From Anthoceros angustus (Eukaryota > Plantae > Anthocerotophyta): DNA of 64,000 nucleotides. The position numbers and the translations under genes are program-made. Shown here one piece after another: positions 1-11,197 of the stretch. The notes under the pieces were generated by a model. It did not search any database, was not told where the DNA came from, and saw only the letters and a program-made list of their open reading frames with translations. The stretch is taken from positions 372,001-436,000 of the forward strand of contig MU008149.1 of assembly GCA_010909165.1 (NCBI GenBank). The letters are read 5' to 3'. Each line of letters opens with the position of its first letter. The first letter of the stretch is position 1.

Positions 1-94
1 GACTTCGGCGGCAGATGTGCCTCGTCAGCTGGCCTTGCAGGCTCCCTGGCCTCTCCCCCTTCTCCTCTCCAACCTATAAAAGGAACCCACAGCC

Positions 95-250
95 AGCCCT
101 AGAACCTCACTTCTCCTCTTCCCCTCGCCAGCTCCAGCTCCTCCTTGAGCTCTCTTCCTCTCTTCCCCTGGCCAGCTCCAGCTCCTCCTTGACCTCTCTT
201 CCTCGCTTCCCCTCGATCGCCAGCTCCTCGTTGCGCTCTCGTTGCCATGG
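95..250 (-). repeat. Pyrimidine-rich GAGCTC-containing degenerate repeat; inverted relative of the 21560-22900 array
   Basis: The reverse complement contains units such as gaggaagagagctcaaggaggagctgg. Its flank gaagtgaggttctagggctggctgtggg matches gaagtgagcttcttgaaatggctgtggg near 22838. Confidence 0.75.
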
Positions 251-516
251 AGGTAGCAGACATACCCAGCTGGTGGTTGTCTGGCGCTGGAGCCGCTCTT
301 GTCCCTCGTGTATTACTGTGTCTGCTGCATCGTCTGAGAGTGGTGTTGCCAATGCTGTGAATGTGGTTGGGCTCTCTCCTGTTCCAGGGTTCTTCCGCAT
401 CCCGCCACCCCACTGCAGTTGCAAGCTCTAGCAACTTCGGCATTGCTCCCCTTTCCACGCGCCACCCTCCGGTCCCAAGCTCCCGTGACGATCAGGATAC
501 AAGGTGAGGTTTCCCA

Positions 517-846
517 CCTGGTCCCTTTCCTTGAGGCGGTCCATGGACCTGGGGTCCTGATGCTCCCCAGGTCCTGCTCCGCCTTAAGGACATTGACCGG
601 GCGGACTTACGGCGTTGTATCTCCCTGTCTTCCTTCCCAGGATGTGATGCCCCCGAGCGGCCGCCATCTCAACTTCGTGCCTCCCTGGTCCGTGCGGAGC
701 AGTTTTTCCCCCGGCGGGAGTGACGATCAGGATAGAGAAGATGGCGAACTTCCCGGTCGACTCCGCGACCCTCCCCACCCGGTCCCTTTCCTTGAGGCGG
801 TCCATGGACCTGGGGTCCTGATGCTCCCCAGGTCCTGGTCCGCCTA
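517..846 (+). repeat. ~70-bp direct repeat, 2 copies (about 517-588 and 776-846)
   Basis: ggtccctttccttgaggcggtccatggacctggggtcctgatgctccccaggtcctg occurs twice. Confidence 0.9.
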
Positions 847-1929
847 AAGGACATGGGCCGGGTGAACTTCAGGCGTTGGTCCCCCTCTCTTCTGAGCACG
901 TGATGCCCCCGAGCTGGCGCCATCTGAAGTTCGTGCTTCCCAGGTCCGTGCGTATCGCCGCCTTCCGTCGGGCCTGGTGTGCGTGTTCTGAATGCCGAGC
1001 CTGTATGTTGGGTGCATTTGGAAGCGGAAAAGGGAGACGTTGAAGCTAGAAGAGGTGGCCAAGCTGTCCGACGACGTGCTGGATGAGAGGAAGCTCCCGT
1101 CGTTTTTACCCGTGTCCTGGTTTGCTGCTGCTGAAAATTTGCTGATATCACTATCAAAGATGTACCGATGCAGCCTGTGTGCAACCTGCTTGGGACGGAG
1201 GTGGACTGGTGGCGGTTGCCCATCAGTTCACTCAACCTGGTCTGTCGGGGCCTCTAAGGCGACATGCCGCTCATCCCTCGCGTGTACGCTTCATTCCTAG
1301 GGAGAACAGCAATGAGTAGGCGATTACGAAGCTCCTGATGATGTGTACTCTATCTTTAGCTCTAGGTTTTCCTTTCTAGCCGACAGATCGCGAAGAGGAA
1401 GAGATTTCTCAGGTTACGCTGGTTGCCGTTCCTGCTGCGGCACGTCTAAGAATCGTTCCCACGTACAAAATACTACATATGGAATTTGGGATGGGCGACA
1501 ACGGAATCCCCATACCACACCGATTTGCTCAAGAAATGGAATAGCTAAAGAACGCCGACATGGAACGGCTCTACTAAAAACTCTAGCAGCCTCAATTTCC
1601 TGGAGCAGTCAATAGATACGGCCCTAATCTCTTATCTATTGCGGCCGGAGGTATCTTATCCTCACTTCCTGCATCCCCCTTCCGATATCTAAACTCCTGC
1701 TGATAATTATAACATTCACCCCAATGGCCACAGTGCCAGGATCATGAAAGATTGTAGAACTTGATTTGCATCACAGCTGTAGGAAGCACAGGTAGCACAA
1801 AGTTGGCACCATAGAGGAAGAAGCCGACTTTAGCACCCACTAGCCGTTGAACGTAGCTATGAAAGAACAAGGTAGCATTGCCTCATGATGAGAGCCAGAA
1901 CTCCATGATGAGTAGTACAACTCGAGTAA

Positions 1930-2760
1930 TTGCTGAGCCCCAACAAGGGGCGTGCAAATGCAGACGTTCAGGCAGATGACGGGACGATCAAGCTCATTAT
2001 TGTGCCAGCTGAGCAGATTTTGAATACCCATTGGTCGGTGGTGTAGAAGCTCATCCATTCCAAGCCTTAACGCCGTGGGCACGGAAACGGAGGACCACGT
2101 ATGCGCGTCACCTGCCCTCACTTCCAATCCGCAAGATGACTCCCCGTTGTTGCTGACGATGATTAGAGCTGCCCTCCAGATGTGCTCGACTTCATGTCCT
2201 GTGGGTGACCACTGGGGAGCCACGATTGCCTTATGCAACAGGCCAGAAAGCACAACACGAGATTTTCCTGAGAGTCAGAGAGCTGGAGAATAGTGGATGA
2301 AGAGTTGGAGAGCATTCGTGAAAGGGTTGTGAGATATACGCTCTCCGGATGGCCGTATGTCAGTCCCAGATCCACAGCCTTGAGGATAGGCAGGTTGGGC
2401 GTGTTCACGCTGTTGTAACCAGCATCGTGGACGTGAACATCAGCAGATCCCTCGCTAACGTTGTGCGCGAAGTCTCCGCTAGCAGGGTACTCGCGGAGAT
2501 GGGGGTCGGCCTGGTCGGCAGATCAAGAGTCCCTCTTCCCTATTGGCCAATACGGAAGCCTCATTTCACGCTCCACCAGAGCAAAACCAGTTTTCCTCTG
2601 GCTCTCCAGGAGCTCGTGCAGTTGGATCTCGTCCAGATCCCACGCATCAGCCAGGATTTGTTCTGACGCCGTGGAGGATTCCTCTGAATTCCTCCTGCTC
2701 ACGTCCCTCGCGATCATAATCCTGTTCCCACTGCCTTCCCCGGCTGCTTTCGGTAGCACA
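1930..2760 (-). pseudogene. Truncated, frameshifted 11S globulin-like bicupin paralogue (exon 3 to start of exon 5)
   Basis: Fragments QEEFRGILHG, LADAWDLDEIQLHELLESQRK, LPILKAVDLGLTYG and AIVAPQWSPTGHE are collinear with the gene at 23066-33108. Splice acceptors are mutated and exons 1-2 are absent. Confidence 0.9.
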
Positions 2761-3561
2761 AAATGCCTCCCCAACGTAAACGAGGTTTCCATGACCGTTT
2801 AGGTTTCCAAGCAAATAATAGACTCTCATTTCCGATTTTCACCGAATATCCCAGGTAATTCATGGATTTCGAGGAGGGGCTAGGAACATGGTGGTGAGGC
2901 CGCTGCTCTGGAGGTGCGGTTTTCAGGGCCTAGGCGTGTTCTTTCCACGGGCTTGTCGTGGTCTGATATTTTGGTGGTGTCCCTTGTGTCATTCAAATTG
3001 GAGCACGGCAGCCTGGTGAGCTCACATTGGCAGGTGCGGCATCCATGTGCGCGTTGTCACTTTTAGCTCACGTTTCAAAATGTCAGTCCGCATTGGGCAA
3101 TTTACGCCTGGACAAGACTGTCGGGTATGACCGCAATTCTCTGACTACTCCCATGACTTTGGTCCACACAAGGGCTGCCAGTATGTTATGCTGCAAATGA
3201 AAACTAAGTGGAGTGGGATAAGTTTCTTTTTGAATTATGACATCAGCAAGAGTTAGGATATATAGTTAATTAATCTAATATTAACTATGCTTAGATTCAT
3301 TACTTAACATTACTTAATAGCTAGGTCATTATACCCCTTCACCAAGGGGCACACCCTTTGGCTTATATGCCTTTGAGCGTTGTTACTCTTTATATTATAC
3401 TAATGCTATGCTTCTAGCAACCCAGCTAGCTCTATGATTTTTAGTATGGTATCAGAGCAGAGCATGATTCTCTCTATCTCTAAGTTTTATGATTTCTAGC
3501 ATGTATCAGAGCACGATTTATCCCTTTTGATTTGTCATAAGGTCTAGTCCATTGTAGATAG

Positions 3562-3818
3562 TGAAGATTTTATGTGAATTGAATTAATAAAACACAATTA
3601 CATTATTGATTGAATTGAAAGATCAAATAAAAGAGTAACTTGCTTATGCTTAAAACAACCTAATTAAGATACCAAGTGTTACGTCTACTCGTAAGAGTCA
3701 CAACCCTACCGAAAGGGTACTAGGTGACTAGACCTAGTTTACACATCAGATAGGTTAACTAAACTAAGGTAACATAACCCTAGCATGAGTCAACACATAA
3801 ACAATAATTATTCCTTCA
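3562..3818 (-). repeat. 3' LTR of Copia A
   Basis: Direct repeat of 10081-10335, adjacent to the PPT. Confidence 0.95.
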
Positions 3819-4079
3819 CTCCCACTTGTTGATCATGACTTGTTCTTCTCGCGTGGGTTCCTTGTGTGTCCCTGACGGTCATTTGTCTGCGGCATCATTA
3901 CGCCCTAGTTCGCACGGAGTACCATAGACTGAGCTTACGCCCCTCCTTGGCGAATAAAAGCATGGAGACACCCGGTGTGAAGTGGTGCACCAAGGTGCGC
4001 CGCTTACTCAACAATAGCATACGCCTGCTTGAGTGTAGTTCTCATTATCCTGGCTAAGGAGTGCGAGAAGGTGAGCATC

Positions 4080-4875
4080 ATGTCTTCGCCTCCCATCCGA
4101 GACTCCGGCCCAAGCGTAGAAATCACCTAGGGACCGCATGGGCGGGTTTACCACAACTAGAACAATGCTGTGTTCACGATGTGAGCACTCCACAGGGGGT
4201 ACTGTAATCGCCTCGGAAGGCGAGGCACGACCAAGGAGGTCCTAGCAAGGCGAGCCACGCCCCAGCAAGTGAGCCCATGGGCGGGCTGCAGACGCGCCGC
4301 CTCATCCGCACTCCAAAGGGCGACAAGAGTAAAGGCCCATGTTAATCCCGATTTCGGCTTTTCCGAGAATGAGACTAACCCCGTGAAGAGCCTAGCTTTC
4401 CTAAGCTGCAGACTGCTCAAGGAGACTGATCGCCTCTTATGGCTCCATCAAGCATCCGCAGCCCTCGTGGTATGGGTTTATGTGGGCGTTACCAAAGCCG
4501 TGATGAGACGTGTCAAGGTCGAACCGGGCTTACCCATTTCATGTGGTCGACTTATAGTAAGATCCCGCTTCAATACTCGTTGCAATCTTTTCTATTGTGC
4601 ATGTGAGATGCTATACTAAGCTCCCATCGTGGCGGGATCCAACATACGCTGGAAGAAGAATCGAACCTCCAATCAAGAGGATTTCGTGCAAGGAGAGAGT
4701 GGAGGAAAACCACCGCTCCTATAGCAGCCACGATCCTTCAAGATGAGGAGGAGAGTCACAGCTTGCAGTCTGGAGAATCGGAGTCCGATGGGGATTCCTA
4801 TTCTTTGAAGTCTCGTGATGAGACAAACTTCAACGACTACACCGACGACGAATGCTCTTCTTTCGTGCCGTAGCT
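4080..4875 (+). pseudogene. Degenerate antisense extra gene of Copia A (exon-1 homologue of 28804-29362, acidic tail)
   Basis: RDRMGGF resembles RDSLGRF; GRRGTTKEVLARR resembles PRGTTKAFLEQRR; GSIKHPQPSWY resembles GSIAIPCTPLWY. A GTAAGA donor at 4557 lies at the equivalent position. Confidence 0.65.
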
Positions 4876-5054
4876 AGAATGCTGCGAATGACTTGACTTT
4901 ATGCACTACTACCTAGGGACTCGAGGAGTCACCTAGGCCTAAAAACTTTACATGCTTCTCATGTAGATCCCGCCTAGAGCCTTTGTGAAAATGTCACTGG
5001 GTTTTCTTGTGTTGCTATGTATTCCGAGATATTGTGCTTGCAGCTAGTAGCTCT

Positions 5055-8000
5055 CTAATCCAGTGGTATTCCATTGCCACGTGCTTTTGTCCTGGAGTGG
5101 AAGACGGGATTTTCAGCTAGTGAAATTGACCCTCGGTTGTCGGTTCTGATTTTTGTGCAGGCGAGCAACTCAATGCCAAGCTCCGAAAACAGCAGTTTTA
5201 GCCAAATAACCTCCTTCGTTGCAGCGGTTAGTACTCTGTATTCCGCCTCTGTGCTTGAGAGTGCAACTGTTGGTTGCTTTTTGCTTGACCAACAAATAGG
5301 TCCTCCAGCATAGCTCACCACATAACCTGAAACTGACCTCCTCGTATCTATGTCACCTGCATAATCAGAATCGGTGTACACGTCGAGGTCTGCCACACCA
5401 TCTTTGTGAGTATACACAATACCCCTGTTTGGTGTGCCTTTCAGATACCGGAAAACTCTCTTAACACAAGTCCAATGTGTCTGCCCAGGGTTTTCGAGAT
5501 ACTGTGATAGAGCACTTGTCGAGTACGCTACCTCTGGTCGTGTTGTGTTTGCAGCATATATGAGTTTGCCCACACCTTGCCTGTATGGCACATTTCTCAT
5601 ATCGTCCTTCCTGACCGTAATCGACATATCTTTGCTCAACTTGAGACCACTTGGAAGAGGTGTTGCAGTTTGGCATCTTTGAGTCCTAATCGCCTGCACT
5701 TTCCAAGAGATCGTGAGTCATGGTAAGGATCCTTTTTCTCGCTATACCGAATGTGTATTCCTAAGCAACTTTGCAAAGGTCCAAGGTCCGACATCTTGAA
5801 TTTTTGTGCCAACAGATTCGTGATCAAGAGATAAAGTCCAGTGTTGCTTGCAAGGATGAGGTCATCGACATAAACTAAGTAACAGTTACATCATTCTTGA
5901 TGTATACGATAAGTCAGTCACCTTACTTTTTGTAAAACCTAGAGCTCGCAACTCCTTGTCCAAAGGCATTCCATTTCATTCATCGCTTAAGTCCATAGAG
6001 GCACTTAATTAGTTTGCAAGCATAATCCTCCTTGCCGTTAACCTCATAACTGTGTAGATCTGCATGTAGATCTCGTATCAAGGATTCCATGCAAGAAAGC
6101 CGTCTTCACATCAAACATCCTCACTCGTAGTCCTTGTCGCAGCAATCGCACACATGGTCCGAAAAGTAGCAAGCTTGACGATAGGAGCAAAGGTTTCGAG
6201 GTAATCTAAACCTGGAATTTGTGTGAAACCTCTAGCAACCAATCTGGCCTTGTATCTATCAAACGATCCATCCGCCTTGACCTTCAATTTAAAAACCCAT
6301 TTACATGACACGTTTTACGCCTTGGGCAACTTTGCTAGTTCCCAAGTTCCATTCTCGATAAGAGAATCATATTCATCGGATTGCCTTTCTCCATTCCTTG
6401 TGATCGCTGCGAGAGCTTCCTCATAAGACGTGGCTCTATGGGATCTAATGTCGTGGCGCATAAGCCTTCACATGAGAAGAGGTAATCAAGTCGGTGCATG
6501 ATAGTAGTCGGAGGTCGACGCTCACGTAGGGTAACGCCGGGCGCTCGCTCAGTTCGCAGAAGTACATCATTAACTTCCTCTAATTCCTCGCCGAGCATCC
6601 GATCGCATCACCGTTGCATCATCGATCGCTATCCCGGTTGAGGAATGTGATCCTAGATCCGCGCGGCATCGGGTTGAATGTCAAGTTCAGTTGTTCTTCT
6701 CCTAACATTGCTGATTGCCCCTCCTGCAGGAGCATGTTCCTCAACAGTGGAGTATGAGCATGAGTGCCATGATCCGTCAGTCAAGAGGAGAGTGGTAGGT
6801 TTCAGACTTGTTTCATCAAATGTAACACTCGAGCATAGATGACTCTATTGTGGGGACATCATATAGCTTGTAAGCTTTAATCCCTCAGATACCCCAAAGA
6901 TAAGCATTTATGTGCCTTATCCGATGACTTATCGCTTCGCTTAGGGATGAAGGCATATGCGAGACAGAAGGTCCTCAAGTGTTGAATAGAGGGCTTCACC
7001 GTAAAAGCCTCATAAGGAGTTTTGCCTTCAAGCTGCGGTGGTGGGTAACTGCTCGAGAAAAGTTGAAGTCATCAAAGCCTCAGAGGGTAGTGGCAAATGA
7101 GCATCATGTAACAATGAGGAGACCATCTCCGCAATGTGAGGTTCAAGCGCCCGCCACTCCATTCACCGTGGAGTGTATACGGTGAGTTGGCGTCCAATGC
7201 CTTCATCTTTCTGTAATGGAATTCATTAGATGTAAATTCCCGCCATTATCGATCTCGTGGTCTTGAGCTTTTCTGTCCAACGCTCAATTTGATGTATTCC
7301 TTGAAGTAGGAGAAACATTCGCTTTTGTTCTTAGGATATAGGTGGTGACAACCGCTCTTGTCATCTCAGAACGTTAGAAAATAACGTCCACCTCCTATGG
7401 ACGCTTGAGATAAGGGTCCACATAGGTCGATGTACAAGCTCAAGGAGATCATCGACGATGAGGTGCTTTGTTCTTGAAGGCAGCTTGGTGTTTCTTCGAC
7501 AACACACAAGCCTCACATAAAGGTATGGCGGTCAAAGGGCCAATAGGTCCATCTTGATACAGTCACCACACCAATTTTTGCAGCTTTGCCATGTGAGGGT
7601 GACCAAGCGTGCATGCCACAACTTAGACTTTGTTTGTTGTGCGGATGCAAGGAGACGTCTTGTGTCGTGGGACTCGCTACTCCATGCAAATGGAGACGGA
7701 ATGATCGTGGTCCAAGACCCATGTGCAAGGACCTTTCTAGGGTCAATAGCATCTATGATTCTACAATCTGTCCTAGTGAAAACAACGTGACTGTTGTTAT
7801 CTGCATTCAATCTTCTGACTGAAATAAGGTTTCTAGTCATTTCTGGCACATAGTAGACTTCTAACAACATGAGTGTGATCCCTGTAGGAACTAGCAACTC
7901 AACTGTGCCACGACCAGGTGAGACTAGAGACCTGTCGTCCCCAAGGTAAACATACTGATCTGGAAAAGACCTATATGTTTTGAAAGCATTTCTATCAAAG

Positions 8001-8940
8001 CAGATGTGTGCAGTAGCACCCGTATCTAAATACCATTCATCTATTGGTTTCGATTAGCTTTGGCGAAAGGCAAGTGGAAGCGACAATGGACTAGCAACTC
8101 CCTAGTCCCAACCGTAAGAGCTGATGGGGTATTAGCCTTCTTTACCACAACATTGGCGTCTGGTGCCCTCCTTGCGAGGAATTCCAGCTTGCTTTTGCGA
8201 CACTCTTTTCCCAATGTCCAGCGGCTTGCACCAGGTGCCTTTTTTAGTCTTCTTCGATGAGGATCCGCTGAGCTACCTCCCTTGGAAGGATTTCCACCAC
8301 CTCCTTTGGAGAAGGATTTCTTGCCTCCTCGCCCTTGATTTGAGGTGTACAGGGCCTGTTGTTTCCCTGCTTTCTTGTGATTAGTTCTGCTTGCCTCTTC
8401 TTGCAGCATGGAACTCACAAGTTGTGAGAAGTGTGACCAAGACTCAGGAAGCGAAAGAAGGAGCCTCATCACCATCTCATCATCCTTGATGGCAACTTTA
8501 GAGGCACCCTGAAGCCGGGAGGCTAGGGTCCTAAAGGTACTCACGTGCTTCTCCACTGAGTCCCCATCCTTCATTCTCAAGTTCTGGAAATTTCTTAAAG
8601 CTGTCATTGCACTGACCATGTTCTGGCCTGCGTAGAGTTCCTTTAGACGATTCATGATTTCGGCTGAAGTTTCCACCCCCGCTGTCTGCGCCTCAACATT
8701 TCAGTTGTCAGGCCACTGCGAATGAGGTACTTGGCTCCGCTATCCTTAGCTAACCATTCTTCTTCTCCCGAAGATCCCTCGTCTGGTTTCACTACCTTTC
8801 CGGTTGCATGTTTCAGCAGGCCCCTCATTTCGAGGACGCCCTCCATCCGGATCTGCCATATGTCAAAGTCATTGCCATTGAACCGATCCTTCTCCTTGAA
8901 GGATTCATTACCTCCATAGTTTGGAGTTGAGGTGTTGCCA
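5055..8940 (-). pseudogene. Copia A gag-pol polyprotein (frameshifted)
   Basis: Gag FNGNDFDIWQIRM and LLLSLPESW; protease WYLDTGATAH; KLWHARL; RT CKWVFKLK...YKARLVARGFTQIPGLDY; RNase H YTDSDYAGD...STEAEY...TDNRG. Confidence 0.95.
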
Positions 8941-9166
8941 TGTTTATGGCTTGTTGTTCGACCTCGTGTTCAAATTCAGTATTGAATATATCCCCAAAAC
9001 CGTCTGATCGGACACACCGCTCATAACGCTTGTTGATTGCGCGTGTTTTGATCCCATCCTCCTCGTAGCTGCAATTTTGGAGCTCCTCATCTCGAACCTA
9101 TTGTAGGCATACGTGGAGCAAGATGGACACGAGTTAAGTGAGCTAAAGCTTCGCTCACGATTTGTC

Positions 9167-9718
9167 TTACTGCGTGTTTACAGCCGTGTTCAACATTGGA
9201 TTTTTGAGCATCTCGGGCTTCGAAGATAACCAGCTTGTAGTCCAAGTGTGCAACTTGCTCCTTCGATCCCGTAAGTCAACGCTTGCTGTAGACAAGTGTC
9301 CATTAATTTGTGTGCAGCGTCTGTCCACTATCCTGTTATTTGCTTCGATGCGATTAATTATTGTGCTGACACTCGTGTTTGTGGCAGCTTGAGTTGTGAT
9401 GAAACCACGGGGCTGCCCGTTTCCATCAAAAGCTCTTTGTACACGCACTTCTGGCAAATTTAGTGGATTTCTTGGAGGAAGAGTAAACACCAGATTCTGC
9501 TCTTGAGGATAGAGAAATTCCACAATAGTATTAAATGCGTCTCTCAGATCAGCAATTTGCATAGGTCTATTTTGGTTTTGTTGGCTCCATTGTAGGATGC
9601 CAGAATGTAACTGAGAAGCAATTGTGTGCCCATCAGCAATTCTTGACCTATTTTGCCTAGGATGATTCTGAGTAGCAGGGTGTTGCGGCCACTGCTGGTG
9701 CGCATCTAAATTGGCCAT
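9167..9718 (-). CDS. Unknown 183-aa ORF between the PBS and gag of Copia A (ORF0)
   Basis: ATG-initiated uninterrupted ORF, Gln/Asn-rich, with TATA-like motifs ~25 and ~70 nt upstream. No recognisable domain. Confidence 0.45.
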   Translation of the reverse strand: MANLDAHQQWPQHPATQNHPRQNRSRIADGHTIASQLHSGILQWSQQNQNRPMQIADLRDAFNTIVEFLYPQEQNLVFTLPPRNPLNLPEVRVQRAFDGNGQPRGFITTQAATNTSVSTIINRIEANNRIVDRRCTQINGHLSTASVDLRDRRSKLHTWTTSWLSSKPEMLKNPMLNTAVNTQ

Positions 9719-10080
9719 GTGCCAGAAAAGGGATTTGTGTTTTATAAGTGCAGAAATTCTGCATCTTATATTTCTTTTGTATTTTTCTATATATAATTTT
9801 GCCCATTGGGCATTGTTCTAGTGTATGTTCATTGCAATTGCTCAAGGAGCAATTCAATGAATGCACGCTAGAATGGCTACCTAATGCAGCAAGAATTTGT
9901 ATAGATTTTTAAAGAAAAACAACACAAAATTCATTTCTTGATGTTTCTTTAAAAGTTCCTTTTCAAGAACATGTTATTATTCAAAACAATAATAAAACAC
10001 ATCTTTCTGCACATCTTCTAATGCAGAAAATTTGTGTGTGCATACTAGATGCATCTCCATCTATCCCTGTTCTGATACCA

Positions 10081-10335
10081 TGAAGATTTTATGTGAATTG
10101 AATTAATAAAACACAATTACATTATTGATTGAATTGAAAGATCAAATAAAAGAGTAACTTGCTTATGCTTAAAACAACCTAATTAAGATACCAAGTGTTA
10201 CGCCCACTGTAAGAGTCACAACCCTACCGAAAGGGTAGTAGGTGACTAGACCTAGTTTACACATCAGACAAGTTAACTAACTAAGGTAACCTAACCCTAG
10301 CATGAGTCAACACATAAACAATAATTATTCCTTCA
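10081..10335 (-). repeat. 5' LTR of Copia A
   Basis: Direct repeat of 3562-3818, adjacent to the PBS. Confidence 0.95.
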
Positions 10336-11197
10336 GATAGATCAGAGGTCAAACCTTCATTAGGCCATTCCGATGAGCCTGCTTGGTTGGATAAGGGTGC
10401 TCTTGCACAATCTAAGATTAGTTTACATATTAGTGATAAATTATTGCCCAAAATCAAAAGATGTAAAACATCTTAGTCTACGTGGGATATGTTACAAGGT
10501 TCATTCCAGGTAGTTAGCATGATCACAAAAATGATAGCACAAGAGAAGTTGGCTGCACAAAAACTTAGATCTAGTGAGTCCGTCTCAGATTTCTTTGAGT
10601 CTTGGGAAGCAACCTTAGATGAAGCCATGTCTTTTGGGCTCAAAATCCTTGATGATCACCAAGTCATCTTGTTATTAAAGGCTTTGCCACCGACGTGGTA
10701 ACTCTTCATTTCAACACAATCTAGCCTACATGAACACACTCCCCTAGACCTTAACTCTCTCCTTGCCAAGATCCGTTATGAAGTTCTCATGAGGTCAGAT
10801 AGCTCTGCCTCACAATCTTCACTCGGCTCGGCGGCCTCCTATGTTGGAGGTCGATCTTGGAAGAGCCAAAGATCACTGGAGTCATCAGCCTTGTTGGACG
10901 AAGCGCTAAACAAGTAGGCATCCTTCCCCGCGGGGGGAGAAGCTGAAGCTGTAGCGACAGAAGTCGAGGGCGCCCGCTCGGACTCCCTATTTTTTCTTCG
11001 CTTGCACAATCAGGTGCAATATGCCCTTTCTTCTTGCAATAATGGCAAGTCTTGTCCTTGTGAGCATGATTGTTAAGAGGAAAGCTACTTGCTTTGTTTG
11101 TTGACAACGAGTAGAAGAGGAACGTGAGCAGAGGTGAATACCAACAACACACTGCCAAAAAGAGTTCCTACTGGTCGTCTACCAGTCGTCCTACTAG

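Larger units (their letters stand above)
3562..10335 (-). mobile_element. Full-length Ty1/Copia LTR retrotransposon A, TSD GATAG
   Basis: LTRs 3562-3818 and 10081-10335 (TG...CA, about 8 differences). GATAG at 3557-3561 and 10336-10340. PBS reverse complement gttctgatacca at 10069-10080. PPT-like reverse complement ctcccacttg at 3819. Domain order gag-PR-INT-RT-RH. Confidence 0.97.
3184..11125 (+). mobile_element. Copia element B (host of nested element A): 5' LTR ~3184-3446, PBS, gag relic; pol deleted
   Basis: A TG-starting AT-rich LTR-like block is followed by the tRNA-iMet PBS tggtatcagagc (3447-3458). Gag resumes after element A (10489-10701: KLRSSESVSDFF...VILLLKALPPTW). The zinc knuckle is present but inverted. 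Confidence 0.75.

Noticed and set aside
1336-1713. Possible LTR (TG...ACA)
   Set aside because: No partner LTR, TSD or PBS was found.
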